Below, piece by piece: positions 23,127-33,330 of a DNA stretch of 64,000 bases. The position numbers and the translations under genes are program-made. The DNA comes from an uncultured delta proteobacterium (GTDB taxonomy: Bacteria; Desulfobacterota; Desulfomonilia; Desulfomonilales; Desulfomonilaceae). The notes under the pieces were generated by a model, which saw only the letters and a list, made by a program, of their open reading frames with translations, had not been told where the DNA came from and did not search any database. The stretch spans positions 160,001-224,000 of the forward strand of contig CAWBKB010000007.1 of NCBI GenBank assembly GCA_963789265.1. The letters are read 5' to 3'. Numbering within the stretch: position 1 is the first letter of the stretch; the number at the start of each line of letters is the position of its first letter.

Positions 23127-24005
23127 ATGAAACAACGAAATACCCTGCAAAGGGCCAAACCCGAGATAGCAGCTTTTTTTGAATCCCGCCATGTAAAGAT
23201 TTTTTCACGCTCTGAACTCCGTCAGATTTTGAATCTCTACAGGGAGGAATGGGGCCTTCGAGCTTATGTGACTTTCCCCAAATTTAGCGCCTTTCTGATC
23301 GAAGAAATCGCTTTACAAATCGAAACCTGCTCTTTTTCTTCGCGACCTTACACAAGATTTACAGTTGGAGAAGTCCCTCTGTACAAACTTCTCCTGTCGC
23401 TGATCCCTGATTCTTATCTCTCGCATTTCACGGCTCTGGCTCTACATCAATTTACTGAGAAAATCCCCGATAAAATCTACTTGAATTTTCCACAGGAAAG
23501 GAAACTTCGAAAAAACCCTTCGCTAGATCAGAATTTGATAGATCGGGCCTTTCGGAGACCGGTAAGGGTTGCCAAGAATTCCGCCGCATTTCGTGGACAC
23601 GAGGTTCTGCTTCTGAACAGTATGGGGCACGGAGACCTGGGAATCATCGAGTCCAAGGGACCAGACGATTCGAAGATACGAATTACAGACAGAGAGAGGA
23701 CCCTCATAGATATCACGGTGAGACCGGTTTATTCGGGTGGAATTTCAAACGTGTTGGCGGCTTACAGGAAAGCCAAGGGGAAGGTATCGATTCGTAAACT
23801 GGCAGAAACGCTGAAGGCGTTAGATTTTGCTTATCCTTATAACCAGTCAATTGGATTCTGCCTTGAAAAATCGGGTTACATCGATTCCGAAATAGCCCTT
23901 CTCCGTGAATTCCCCATCCGATACGATTTCTATTTAGATTATCAGATGGCCGAAACCGACTATTCGAAAGACTGGCGACTGTACTTTCCAAAGGGTTTGG
24001 AATAG
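23127..24005 (+). CDS. Second AbiEi-like protein with no adjacent toxin
   Basis: YLSHFTALALH and ITDRERTLIDITVRPVYSGG parallel the AbiEi C-terminal motifs of the neighbouring gene. Confidence 0.75.
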   Translation: MKQRNTLQRAKPEIAAFFESRHVKIFSRSELRQILNLYREEWGLRAYVTFPKFSAFLIEEIALQIETCSFSSRPYTRFTVGEVPLYKLLLSLIPDSYLSHFTALALHQFTEKIPDKIYLNFPQERKLRKNPSLDQNLIDRAFRRPVRVAKNSAAFRGHEVLLLNSMGHGDLGIIESKGPDDSKIRITDRERTLIDITVRPVYSGGISNVLAAYRKAKGKVSIRKLAETLKALDFAYPYNQSIGFCLEKSGYIDSEIALLREFPIRYDFYLDYQMAETDYSKDWRLYFPKGLE

Positions 24006-24068
24006 GCCTTGTCTTTATTGAGTAGCACTCCGAGAACAAAAGGAGGCACGACGCGAAGTCGCGAAAGC

Positions 24069-24481
24069 ATGGCCAAGCGCAGGAAGGTCTGGATGTATTG
24101 CCCGCCCAAACCGCGTAAGCCCAAGGTGCCTGATGGGGTGAAGCTTGAACTCTCGTCAAAAGCCCTCCAGCTTATCGATGACTATCTTAGGCCGCTGCAC
24201 ATCAAGCCTCCGCCTAAGAATCCCGAGTTCAACTATGCCACCGAACTCTTCACTCGTTGGTACCAAAGCTACTTCTACTTCTGTACCACGCGCGATCGCC
24301 GGGGCCAAATGCCATGTCCCCCACATTCGAGCATCGCTTCGCGAGGATGGGGTACGAAGGAGAAGGTAAGTTCAACCTCTCATATATTCGTTACACAGGC
24401 CAATGGTGGGTAATCCATTCAGGTCTCACCATGGATGAATGCCTCACGGCTATAAGAGATGAGCCGCACTTCATTCCATAG
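24069..24481 (+). CDS. Hypothetical protein (frameshift near 24290)
   Basis: ORFs 24009..24413 and 24257..24481 join into a plausible ~137-aa protein (...RWYQSYFYFC / SPGPNAMSPTFEHRFARM...). Confidence 0.6.
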
Positions 24482-24870
24482 CGGCGGTAGGTCGGGCCGT
24501 GCCCGACGAAAACCGGCGGCAAGATCCCGGGGGTTCGTGCTGTAGGTGAGTTCCGGATTTGTTCGGTTATGTGACCAATGCAACTTGTCTCGCGAACGCC
24601 GGACTTGGACCCTTTTCTCCAGCAATGCGGTTGGCTTCACGCAGGAAGTCCTACTCGCTCAGACGCTTTCCAAGGTAATAGAATCAGGTAGGCTGGAGAC
24701 TGTCAATTTCTTCCTCGTTGCTCAATCAGGACATATTTGACCCCAACGATTCGTTATTGCCGGTTTTTGCGTGACCGAAGCTAAGAAACGTTAGATATGT
24801 GCTATTATGGTTTATCAAGTAGACTGAAAAGCCTTGAAATATCCGAGCCGGCAATTGAAGGGACGGATGC

Positions 24871-25578
24871 ATGAAATCTAAGCTCATGTCCATGGTTGAC
24901 GTTGATAAGGCAAAGCAATTCTTAGGGGACGTTGCTGTTCTAGCAAACTTGCCTGACGGGGCACTGAGAGGATTGGAAGAGGTGGTGCCCAAAGTTGCCG
25001 AAACCCACTCAGACCGGGATACACTTCAATTGCAGGAACAGACCGCCCAGCGCTTGGCCTTAGAACTGCCTAAGCTGAAGAGCGCTCTTGATGCCTCGCA
25101 ATTCTTCTTTTACCGGTTTAGTACGGAAGAGGAAGGCACTGAAGATTCTGTCTCGGACATTGTCCAAGATCTAGTGGAACTCAAAATCGTGCTTCCGAAT
25201 CGAATGGATTCGTTAACCAAGTATTTGACATCCCTAAGAAAATACGCCATCGATTTCGGTAGAATAAGAGTCAAAGCCCGAAGCACAACGATCAAGTGTC
25301 TTCCGGTCCTGAGCGGCATTGAGGTGGCCATAGATTATAGACCCGTCATGAAGCATCAATTTCAGCCAAGTGACAAAATTGACGATTATGAGCCAGAGTG
25401 CCTCGGCTTAGTCGCCGTGCCCGTGGTCAAACTAGAGTTGAAATGGGGACAAACTGACAACCATTTCATGTTTCAGACGGACAAAGCGACAATCCAAACA
25501 GTGATTGATTTCTTGAAGGGCGCTCAAAAAGATATGGAAGCAGCGGAACGGTTTCTTAACTTGGATGTTCTTGGATAG
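24871..25578 (+). CDS. Hypothetical protein with a COMM-domain-like C-terminus
   Basis: Helical N-terminal half, then LPVLSGIEVAIDYR...AVPVVKLEL...FMFQTDKATIQTVIDFLKGAQKDM. ORF is solid; the fold call is by eye. Confidence 0.6.
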   Translation: MKSKLMSMVDVDKAKQFLGDVAVLANLPDGALRGLEEVVPKVAETHSDRDTLQLQEQTAQRLALELPKLKSALDASQFFFYRFSTEEEGTEDSVSDIVQDLVELKIVLPNRMDSLTKYLTSLRKYAIDFGRIRVKARSTTIKCLPVLSGIEVAIDYRPVMKHQFQPSDKIDDYEPECLGLVAVPVVKLELKWGQTDNHFMFQTDKATIQTVIDFLKGAQKDMEAAERFLNLDVLG

Positions 25579-25593
25579 CGGCAGGGCACAGAT

Positions 25594-26052
25594 ATGGCTA
25601 AGATTATCCCTCTACGAGACCAACAAGAAAACACAAGGAGCTTCGGACCATTCTTGAGCGCGCCAAGAACCATGGAAGAGGGTGCAACGAAGGAGCGGGG
25701 CATTGATTGGCTTGACTTGCGAGATTTCGTGCCCGGCGAAAGTGAGCGAGCAGAAGTCGCCACCAAATATGGGCATCTCGACTGGACCGGCTATGTGCGT
25801 CCAATGGAGCCAGCGGACCTATTTGTTCCTGGTTACAGGTCTAAGGGAGCGAGATCAAGGAAGACAATCCGGCTGGTCTCTTTAGCTTTGAGTTCATCTA
25901 TTTCTAGCCTGATGTTTGCTGGCGGCCTGTTGTCTTATAGCATTGGGAATCTGCCCTCCCCTCTTTTCTTTTTTTCAATCGGCTTTCCGGCGCTGGGGGT
26001 GGCCATCGGGTCTTTCATTGCGTTGATGGAACAGGGATACCATGACGAATAA
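25594..26052 (+). CDS. Hypothetical membrane protein (two C-terminal TM segments)
   Basis: Starts 15 nt after the previous stop; two hydrophobic stretches. Confidence 0.6.
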   Translation: MAKIIPLRDQQENTRSFGPFLSAPRTMEEGATKERGIDWLDLRDFVPGESERAEVATKYGHLDWTGYVRPMEPADLFVPGYRSKGARSRKTIRLVSLALSSSISSLMFAGGLLSYSIGNLPSPLFFFSIGFPALGVAIGSFIALMEQGYHDE

Positions 26053-26278
26053 AGGCCAGACAACCTCGACCCGGTGGTTCAAGGATCTCTTACAGCACCT
26101 TCCACTGAAAAAAATAACGAGGGCACAAGCCGGCAACTACGTAATGGATGGCATAGGTGCCCTGTGCTTTATTGCCTTCATGTTCACGAAGCCCCCACCA
26201 ACCCATGCCCTCATTGCTCTCGTCTCTATCCTGTTGACTTTTGTCTGGTGTCATAACGTATCGCGCCCGAGACGTTAG
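26042..26278 (+). CDS. Small two-TM hypothetical protein
   Basis: Overlaps the previous gene by 11 nt; two hydrophobic stretches. Confidence 0.55.
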   Translation: MTNKGQTTSTRWFKDLLQHLPLKKITRAQAGNYVMDGIGALCFIAFMFTKPPPTHALIALVSILLTFVWCHNVSRPRR

Positions 26279-26443
26279 TAAGAGCTTGGAGGGGTGAGAG
26301 AATGAGGCTAGAATTGTTAGGATCAACGGAGACGGGGTAGTCTAAAGCCTCTTTTCCGACGATGCAGTTCGTTTCGCTGACCACATCCGCTACGCGCCCC
26401 GAGAAAAGAGTGATCTGCAGTTTGGGAGAAAGAGTAAAGACAA

Positions 26444-27556
26444 GTGCCTGATAATAAAAACCAGCACTATGTGCCTCGATTTTATTTGAAAAATTTTTCA
26501 GATCACGGCGGGCGCACCATTAACCTATTTAATATTAAGAGAAGGCTCTCTGTGAGAAATGCACCTTTGCGACAACAATGTTGTGAACCATATTTTTATG
26601 GCAAGACTCCTGAAATAGAAAAAATATTTCAAGAACTTGAAAACATGGTGTCCCGAACAATCAATAACATATTGTCGACCTCCACAATTCCTCCTCGACA
26701 TTCAAGGGAATATGCTGAACTTCTCATCTATTTGATTGTGCAACGCCAGAGGACGAAGACTGCTGCCGAGGAATGTGACGAAGTATCTGACCAAATGTGT
26801 AAGATTATGCTTCGAAAAGATCCCGAATTGGATGCAGAGACCCTGGCTCACCTCAATGACGTGAGAATAGTTACTACGAATCCAACGGCAATGCCCATGC
26901 TCATTGCCGTAAGAGAATTCCCTTTAGCGCTCGATTTGGAGGCAAAAGTCATCTCTAACCGATCAAATGAGCCGTTTATCACTAGTGACAATCCCGTCGT
27001 GTTTTACAACCAATATATGGAAAACTTCCAAGGAGCTAGTTGTACGGGGTTGGCGTCGCTGGGTCTCCAGATGTTCCTGCCTTTATCCGGTAGAATTATG
27101 CTGCACTTTTACGATCCTAGCGTATATAGAATCAGGACGAACGACTCGAACGTCTGTGAAATTAGCAGTGATGCGGAGTCGCTTAAATTCAATCAGTTGC
27201 AATGGTTGAACGCTCGTGAAAACGTCTACTACTCTGATCAGTCAACACCAATTTCTATATCTTCTCAGGCGCAACTATTCCTGAGGAATCACTCACACAG
27301 CATTCCGATAGTCAGGGAATATCCTATAGGCGGGAACGAAACGCGGTTCATGATTCATAAGTCGGATCAACGAACAAGGCTTCGGCCTAGTTTCGCCAGC
27401 ATCAGAAAGTCAAAGAAGAAATTGCGCCATTCGCTGCAATGGCCCGCCGTTCGTAATAAGAATGTTGTGGAAGCACTTCAGCATTTCGGGAAAACGAATG
27501 AAGGCCGGGCTTGGAGCGGAAATGATTTCTTGAACTTTTTGCATCGGGGGAGATAG
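26444..27556 (+). CDS. DUF4238-domain protein
   Basis: QHYVPRFYLKNF, FITSDNPVV, LPLS motifs; AT-rich. Confidence 0.85.
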   Translation: MPDNKNQHYVPRFYLKNFSDHGGRTINLFNIKRRLSVRNAPLRQQCCEPYFYGKTPEIEKIFQELENMVSRTINNILSTSTIPPRHSREYAELLIYLIVQRQRTKTAAEECDEVSDQMCKIMLRKDPELDAETLAHLNDVRIVTTNPTAMPMLIAVREFPLALDLEAKVISNRSNEPFITSDNPVVFYNQYMENFQGASCTGLASLGLQMFLPLSGRIMLHFYDPSVYRIRTNDSNVCEISSDAESLKFNQLQWLNARENVYYSDQSTPISISSQAQLFLRNHSHSIPIVREYPIGGNETRFMIHKSDQRTRLRPSFASIRKSKKKLRHSLQWPAVRNKNVVEALQHFGKTNEGRAWSGNDFLNFLHRGR

Positions 27557-27657
27557 TAAGTCAAGCCCGCACCTGACGCTCCCGGCGGTCACAGGCTGCC
27601 CTACGCGCCTGCGATCTTGACAGGAGGCACATTAAAGACCTCATAATTCATGGCCTT

Positions 27658-27855
27658 TCACATCGTCCCTTGGACGGACCCGAACGTTCTTTTCGATCCC
27701 CGCCGACCTCTTCGCCGTGGCAACCTCAAGCTCACATCTACTATTGTAGATTCATCCAATCTTGAGGCGTGGTTCCGAAGTACCTGGCCAAACGGAGGGC
27801 TGTGTCTGCTGTGATACTGCTTTTCTCCGTGATAATGCGGTTGATCCTGCCGGCG
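27658..27855 (-). pseudogene. higA: Truncated HigA antitoxin remnant
   Basis: GRINRIITEKSSITADTALRLARYFGTTPQDWMNLQ then stops; no 5' end; DNA similar to ~30575-30770. Confidence 0.8.
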
Positions 27856-27928
27856 TTCGGGGAAACCATACTTATTTCGGTCCTGCTTTCCACGCCCTGC
27901 CTGGCAATCCATAGCGCCGGGCTCAACC

Positions 27929-28564
27929 TTAGCTTAATAACCCCACAAGCACCGCGGTCACAACAATTTGTAGCGCAACCACGGCCGTAATCCAATGCGG
28001 CCTGTGTGCCAAGAATCTTTCCGGGCCGGGCACTGCTTTCAAAAAGAAAGAGGCATTAGCCAGATTAAAGAGTAGGATTGTCCAAAAGAGTGCCCTGCCG
28101 CCTCCGTATATCCAGCAGCAGAAAATCCCGTAGATTGTCTCGAATACGAAGGCAACAGCGGGCTTCTCATAGAGCCCCAGACCGATCTTTCTTTTGTCCA
28201 GAAATGGCGCGATGGCAATGTCACGGGCATGACTGATCAGGTCAAGCACAAGGTGAGAACATATCCCCAGCGAGACGGCTGTTGCTATATTGATTTCCTT
28301 GAAGCCCAAAGCAATAATTATCCATGCGCCGGCTGCCAAAACAACAGTGGAGGCAATAGAGTGAGAAAAAGGCATAAACTCAAGATGTACGTCGCTGACC
28401 GAGGTCACGTTGTTTTCAGTTGTTGTCTTTTCCACACCCAAAAAGTTTAACGCGACCCAGAGGATTTCTATAAGTTGAACTGACACCAATATTACGGCCA
28501 TCGGTACATCGGGATATATCTTTTTGATAATCAGACCGGTGGCTGCGTGATTTATAGCGAACAT
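27929..28564 (-). CDS. Membrane protein, metal-dependent hydrolase-like
   Basis: Hydrophobic; N-terminal His, FSHS and SHLVLD motifs. Confidence 0.7.
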   Translation of the reverse strand: MFAINHAATGLIIKKIYPDVPMAVILVSVQLIEILWVALNFLGVEKTTTENNVTSVSDVHLEFMPFSHSIASTVVLAAGAWIIIALGFKEINIATAVSLGICSHLVLDLISHARDIAIAPFLDKRKIGLGLYEKPAVAFVFETIYGIFCCWIYGGGRALFWTILLFNLANASFFLKAVPGPERFLAHRPHWITAVVALQIVVTAVLVGLLS

Positions 28565-28877
28565 CAGCTCGCCCTCTGCATAGGCTTCATTGCGACAAAT
28601 TCCCTTGACTCAATGAGCACGTACGTTTCCTAATTTAAGGATGCGGTCGTGGCGATCTTGGTTCAGCTTCTTATTATATGACTCGAAAGGGAGGGCTAGA
28701 TCCGCGAAGTTGCTAAGGTAGTTGAAAGGGATTGAGGTTGGACTAGGTCCATATCGGTAGGTCGGGCCTTGCCCGACGCAAACCGGCGGCCACGGGCCAC
28801 CTTACAGGTCAGCAGAGAATTAGCGATGGTGTCCCCGGAATTTGACATTAATTCTTCGAACTACCCATAAACACAGC

Positions 28878-29216
28878 TCAGTCCCCGGCTGTAGCCGTCT
28901 CGCTTTCGTCGATAGACGAGAAATTCGTAATCTTCACTTTACCATCAGGGAAACAAGCCACGATGTCGAGAGTTCCTCCCATACCCTCAATCGCCGCTCG
29001 CAGCGTTGAGATATACATGTCGGTACGTTTTTCCAGCTTGGCTACGTTGGGTTGTTTGATGTTCAACGCCTCAGCAAGCTTTACTTGAGATATTCCCCGC
29101 GCACGTCTCAATTCGTGCAGTGCCATTTCAGCAACCATCTTTTGATAGAGCCCATGAGCCCGAGCCCTTGATTCGTCAGACATCTTTGCTCTTAGTTCAG
29201 CAAACTTACGAGCCAT
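28878..29216 (-). CDS. XRE-family HTH antitoxin, orphan
   Basis: LHELRRARGISQVKLAEALNIKQPNVAKLEKRTDMYISTL; no intact toxin upstream. Confidence 0.85.
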   Translation of the reverse strand: MARKFAELRAKMSDESRARAHGLYQKMVAEMALHELRRARGISQVKLAEALNIKQPNVAKLEKRTDMYISTLRAAIEGMGGTLDIVACFPDGKVKITNFSSIDESETATAGD

Positions 29217-29290
29217 TTTCCTAGCCCTTCCATCTGGATCTTGATCGCTTCGATGGGATGCGATTACATTCGCACACTACATCCTCCCCA

Positions 29291-29854
29291 CTAGTCCACC
29301 AACCCTGTTCTGTCGAAAACAGAAAGAATTATAGTAAGAATGCCTGCCGGATCGTATTTTGCCCCCAGTTTGGGCACCCAGTATCTTCCGTGTGCCAGCC
29401 AATGTCGATAATTCAGAGTTCCTTTGAAAAGTCCGACGTATGGCTTCGACTCTGGCACCTTTTCTGCCCATATATCAAGTATGTCATCTTCGAGAATTAT
29501 ATTGAGTCTGCTATTGTTGCGCCGTTTATATATACTTTGAAACTCTCGGCTCACATCGTCCTTTTTCTTATGGTATACGCGTTGCAAAAAATCTACGCGG
29601 AAAGCCGCTTCAGCGGACGCAATCAAAAATAAGCATGCTTGCTGATCTGTCTCCTCAAAATTTTGTTTAAAGAATTCATCAATTTCTCGAAGGTCCATCG
29701 CGAAAAATTTCGGGTCGCTACCGGTTAGACCGAGTAACCGATTGTGCTTCGTCTGTTCATACATTTGGACCATGCTATCTCGCATATTTTCGTAATATTG
29801 CCAAACGTCGGCCACCGTGTGCTGGTCGGGATTGATCGAAGCCTTCTTCGTCAC
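29291..29854 (-). CDS. Hypothetical protein with HEPN-like RX4H motif
   Basis: LIASAEAAFR and YRHWLAHG; GTGA overlap with the upstream gene. Confidence 0.65.
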   Translation of the reverse strand: MTKKASINPDQHTVADVWQYYENMRDSMVQMYEQTKHNRLLGLTGSDPKFFAMDLREIDEFFKQNFEETDQQACLFLIASAEAAFRVDFLQRVYHKKKDDVSREFQSIYKRRNNSRLNIILEDDILDIWAEKVPESKPYVGLFKGTLNYRHWLAHGRYWVPKLGAKYDPAGILTIILSVFDRTGLVD

Positions 29855-30303
29855 TCCATTACCTCGCTCAGGATGTCTTGGAAAGACTGCTCATCAAAAG
29901 GCAACGTCTTGATTTTAGGCGTTCTTTCGACAACAAACCATTGATCGTTGTTGAATATGATCGATCTTGCGGCTCTATGACCCTTTAGATCTATTCGTCC
30001 TTGGGCGCCAATGATTAAGGTCCCCTTAGGGTAGAAAATAACTTCTTGATTTCCGATGTAGATTTTCAAGATGTCGGCCTCATAGGAACCAATCGGTTCT
30101 TCTTCTAACCTGGCGCTTTTTCTTTCGAACCGTACCACTTTCTCTTTGACCAGGGGCTCCAGCCAGGCAACAACTTGGTTATAAAGTTGGTCAATATTTT
30201 TCAGCCATGTGTTTTTCTTGAGTTCCCAGTCTACCTCTGCCTCAGGCTTGCTCTCCTTGGCTTTGGCCCTGAGAAATACTTGCAAGTCGTTGGTACCGTT
30301 CAT
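29851..30303 (-). CDS. Hypothetical protein
   Basis: 150-aa ORF with RBS AGGAG, translationally coupled to the downstream gene. Confidence 0.7.
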   Translation of the reverse strand: MNGTNDLQVFLRAKAKESKPEAEVDWELKKNTWLKNIDQLYNQVVAWLEPLVKEKVVRFERKSARLEEEPIGSYEADILKIYIGNQEVIFYPKGTLIIGAQGRIDLKGHRAARSIIFNNDQWFVVERTPKIKTLPFDEQSFQDILSEVME

Positions 30304-30551
30304 CACAAACTCTCCTTTGTCCGAATGGTGCCGCGATCGATTCAAGCCCGAGAACATTTAATTCTGCGGACACCAACGTCAATTTGCTCCATTCCTTTAT
30401 GTCGGTCCAGGTTTTTCTTGGAATTTTCGAATCTAGCCGTTTCTCAAGCGGGCGCAGTCTTGGCTAGTCGCCATGCTGCCTCCTATACTCCAACCATGGT
30501 TCGCCCAGAATACGGCAATTCATGCAAAATTCAGATCTTTCCGGTCGAATG

Positions 30552-30887
30552 TTAATACTGCTGCAATCCAAGAGCTTTCACCTCATCTCTTGGACGGATC
30601 TGAACGTTCTTTTCGATCTCAGCCGAATTTTTCGCCTTGTCAACCTCAAGCTCATATCTGGATTGTAGATTCATCTAAACTTGAGGCGTGGTTCCGAAAT
30701 AGAGTGCCGAACGAAGAGCAGTATCCGCGGTAATATTGCTTTTCTCGGTCACAATGCGGTTGATCCTCCCGGGATCGACATCGAGTGCTTCGGCGAGCTT
30801 ATTCTGACTCAAACCCAAAGGTTCCATGAAAAGCTCCAGGAGAACTCGTCCCGGATGGATAGGCGGTCTTACGATTTCATCAGACAC
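30552..30887 (-). pseudogene. higA: HigA antitoxin with in-frame TAG replacing the conserved Trp
   Basis: PPIHPGRVLLELFMEPLGLSQNKLA...FGTTPQV*MNLQSRYEL; a higB-like tail (VDCH*) lies just upstream. Confidence 0.8.
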
Positions 30888-31406
30888 GACGATTTCTCCT
30901 CAGTGGCAATCTACAAGCCCTGGTCGGACAAGGGGAAAGTGAAAAAGGTTCGGGTTGGCTCGATACGAGACTCTGATTCGCGCGTTCCTCGATCACGGCA
31001 GCATGTCTACGGCTCTGTGCTCCGCTCACCTTCCCCGAGATCTCATCTCTCCGAATTCCAAGTCACCCTGCCTCGGCATGCCCGGCGTCTCGCCTCTTTC
31101 TTTCGGTCGACAAAAGCCCCGGGCTTACGATGCAGGCGCAGAAGCGGCACCAGAGGATTTCGCGGTCTCAAAATGTGGCGGGTCGGCTTCAATTGCTTGT
31201 CTCCTGTACTTCCGTATACTAAAGTTGACATCATGATTCAACATAGGTTCAGTCTTGAGGTTGATAATCGTAGACCTCGATTTGAGTCGATGTCCGTAAA
31301 CTTTTTTGATTGCCAAACTACTTACTGAGTGAGGAAAGATGAGACTGTTCACTGTGTGGTTGCCCACCGTCCTTATATCCGAGCCAATGAGAAAAGTGAG
31401 ACCTCG

Positions 31407-32448
31407 ATGATGAATAGGAAAGTTCTGCTGGCGGCCGGTCTTGCCGCTTTGATAGCGGCTATGCTGGTCGGATACCGCATGAAAGCCGAAGGAGAGCGGA
31501 GTTCATCTCCGAACCAAAATCCGCAAAAGGTGAAAACCGTTCCGGCGGAAACTGTTCCGATCAAGACAGAGGTCACGGTTTCTGGAACGGTGATTGGCAG
31601 GCAGACCGCGGTAATTTCAGCCAAGATATCCGGGTACGTGGATGACTTGAGAGTGAACCCGGGAAATCATGTCAAAATGGGTCAGGTGTTGCTTCAAATC
31701 GGTGCGCGAGCATTGGCCGAAAAGAAAGCTCAGGCGAAAGCCGCTCTTGACGCGGCAAAAGCGACTTTGGCCGATGCCAAGAAGAATCTTGACCGCTACA
31801 CACCGCTATTTAAGGCCCAAGCCATCTCCAAGCAACAGTACGAGGACATTCGGACTCGTTACGATGTGGCCCAGGCTGCGGAGCAACAGGCGCAGGCTGC
31901 GCTGGACGAATCAATACAGCAACTTTCTTACGGCAAGGTGAGATCTCCTTTTGACGGTATAGTGAGCGAAAGGTCTGTCAATTTGGGCGATTTGGTCATG
32001 CAGGGGCAGCCGCTGCTAACTATTTATGTGCCGTCTACACTGGAGTTAGTGGTGCCGGTGGGAGAGGAGTTCGCCGACTACATACGTACCGGTACGGAGG
32101 TTCGGGTCCATATTACCTCTCTCGGGCTCAAGCAAACCACCCACATCCGTGAGGTTGTTCCCCAGACCAACGAGCAGGCAAGGACGATCACCGTGAAAGC
32201 GCCGCTTTCGGATGCTCCGGGGTTGACTCCAGGGCTTTATGGGACACTCGCATTCAATACGAAGACGTCTGAAGTCGTTGCCGTTCCGTCAAAGGTCGTC
32301 GCGACAGTCGGGCAGTTGGAGAGTGTAAGGGTTTCTAAGAAATGGCCGAGTGGAAACTGTTTACGTGACGACCGGCCGAAAGCTGAATGGGGGGAAAATA
32401 GAAATTGTGTCCGGAATCAAGCCGGGCGAACTGGTAGTGACGGATTGA
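31407..32448 (+). CDS. RND efflux membrane-fusion protein (frameshift near 32333), no partner permease nearby
   Basis: ISAKISGYV, SPFDGIV, LTPGLY; corrected end ...VTTGRKLNGGKIEIVSGIKPGELVVTD*. Confidence 0.85.
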
Positions 32449-32626
32449 AGATATCGGGAAGTCGTGACCTTTAAGAACCTGTCTCAAAACTATATTGATA
32501 CCTAGAATTGTGGCACGACTGGGTCTGATTCGTATAGCTGTTGCCCTCATTTTTCAACTGCTTGCAGTCTATACCCTCGTATGTTGAAGTTGGCAGCCAG
32601 GATCAGTGAGGCCCCCAACCATCCAT

Positions 32627-33148
32627 TTACGCCTGAATGAATGCCGCAAACACTCCTGAATCCAAACTGGAAATATCGGTGATCTCAAAGCCTGCGAGCG
32701 AAGCCTTGTGGGACGTCATGTTTCTCTGGAACCAGCAGCATCTAGCCTCGAATACGATAGTGGTGTTCGCGCCGAAAGGACCCATGCGGACTATGAAATT
32801 CTTAACCTCGCCTATTTCCGCCTCAATCCCCTGTACGCAAACACCTTTCTCTGACACGTCCCTAATTACACCGCCTTTGAAAGGGTCGCCGCCATCAAAG
32901 ATCTTCATCGGTAATTTCACAGGGTAACGCGGAAATTGCCGCAGCCCCTGAACCGAGACGCCGTGTAATGATTTAAGCTTGTTCAATTCATCTGTGCTCA
33001 TGGCGCCTCCCTTCACCAGTAGCTGGAACGCTTTGCGCATGCCATTTATTGTAAATCGATATTTGACCATGAGGTCGGAAACGTTCATTCCACTGCGAAT
33101 ATCATGAATAACGTCCTTGGCCTTGATTCTCCGTGTCGGTTTCATCAT
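32627..33148 (-). CDS. PilZ-domain protein with small N-terminal helical domain
   Basis: RQFPR and DVSEKG (RxxxR, DxSxxG). Confidence 0.8.
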   Translation of the reverse strand: MMKPTRRIKAKDVIHDIRSGMNVSDLMVKYRFTINGMRKAFQLLVKGGAMSTDELNKLKSLHGVSVQGLRQFPRYPVKLPMKIFDGGDPFKGGVIRDVSEKGVCVQGIEAEIGEVKNFIVRMGPFGANTTIVFEARCCWFQRNMTSHKASLAGFEITDISSLDSGVFAAFIQA

Positions 33149-33330
33149 TCAATCTCCTTTAAGATCGAAAGTTTATCCAGTTCATTGAATCAGCTTCCCG
33201 GCCGCTACCGAAATCGATTAAACTACATCAAGGTTTCGAAAACGCCTTTGTTGCTGTATGGTTCTAAACTATTACCCCTTGGAATCTCCGTTGACGAAGG
33301 CACGCTACACCTGCTTGGCCTCGACCGGAT

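Noticed and set aside
19800..31000. Integron cassette array
   Set aside because: No integrase, genes face both ways, and the intergenic repeats are REP-like without attC RYYYAAC/GTTRRRY ends.
31043..31234. Small basic ORF (RNPLV...KPGAFVDRKK)
   Set aside because: Could be real, but too short to support without a search.
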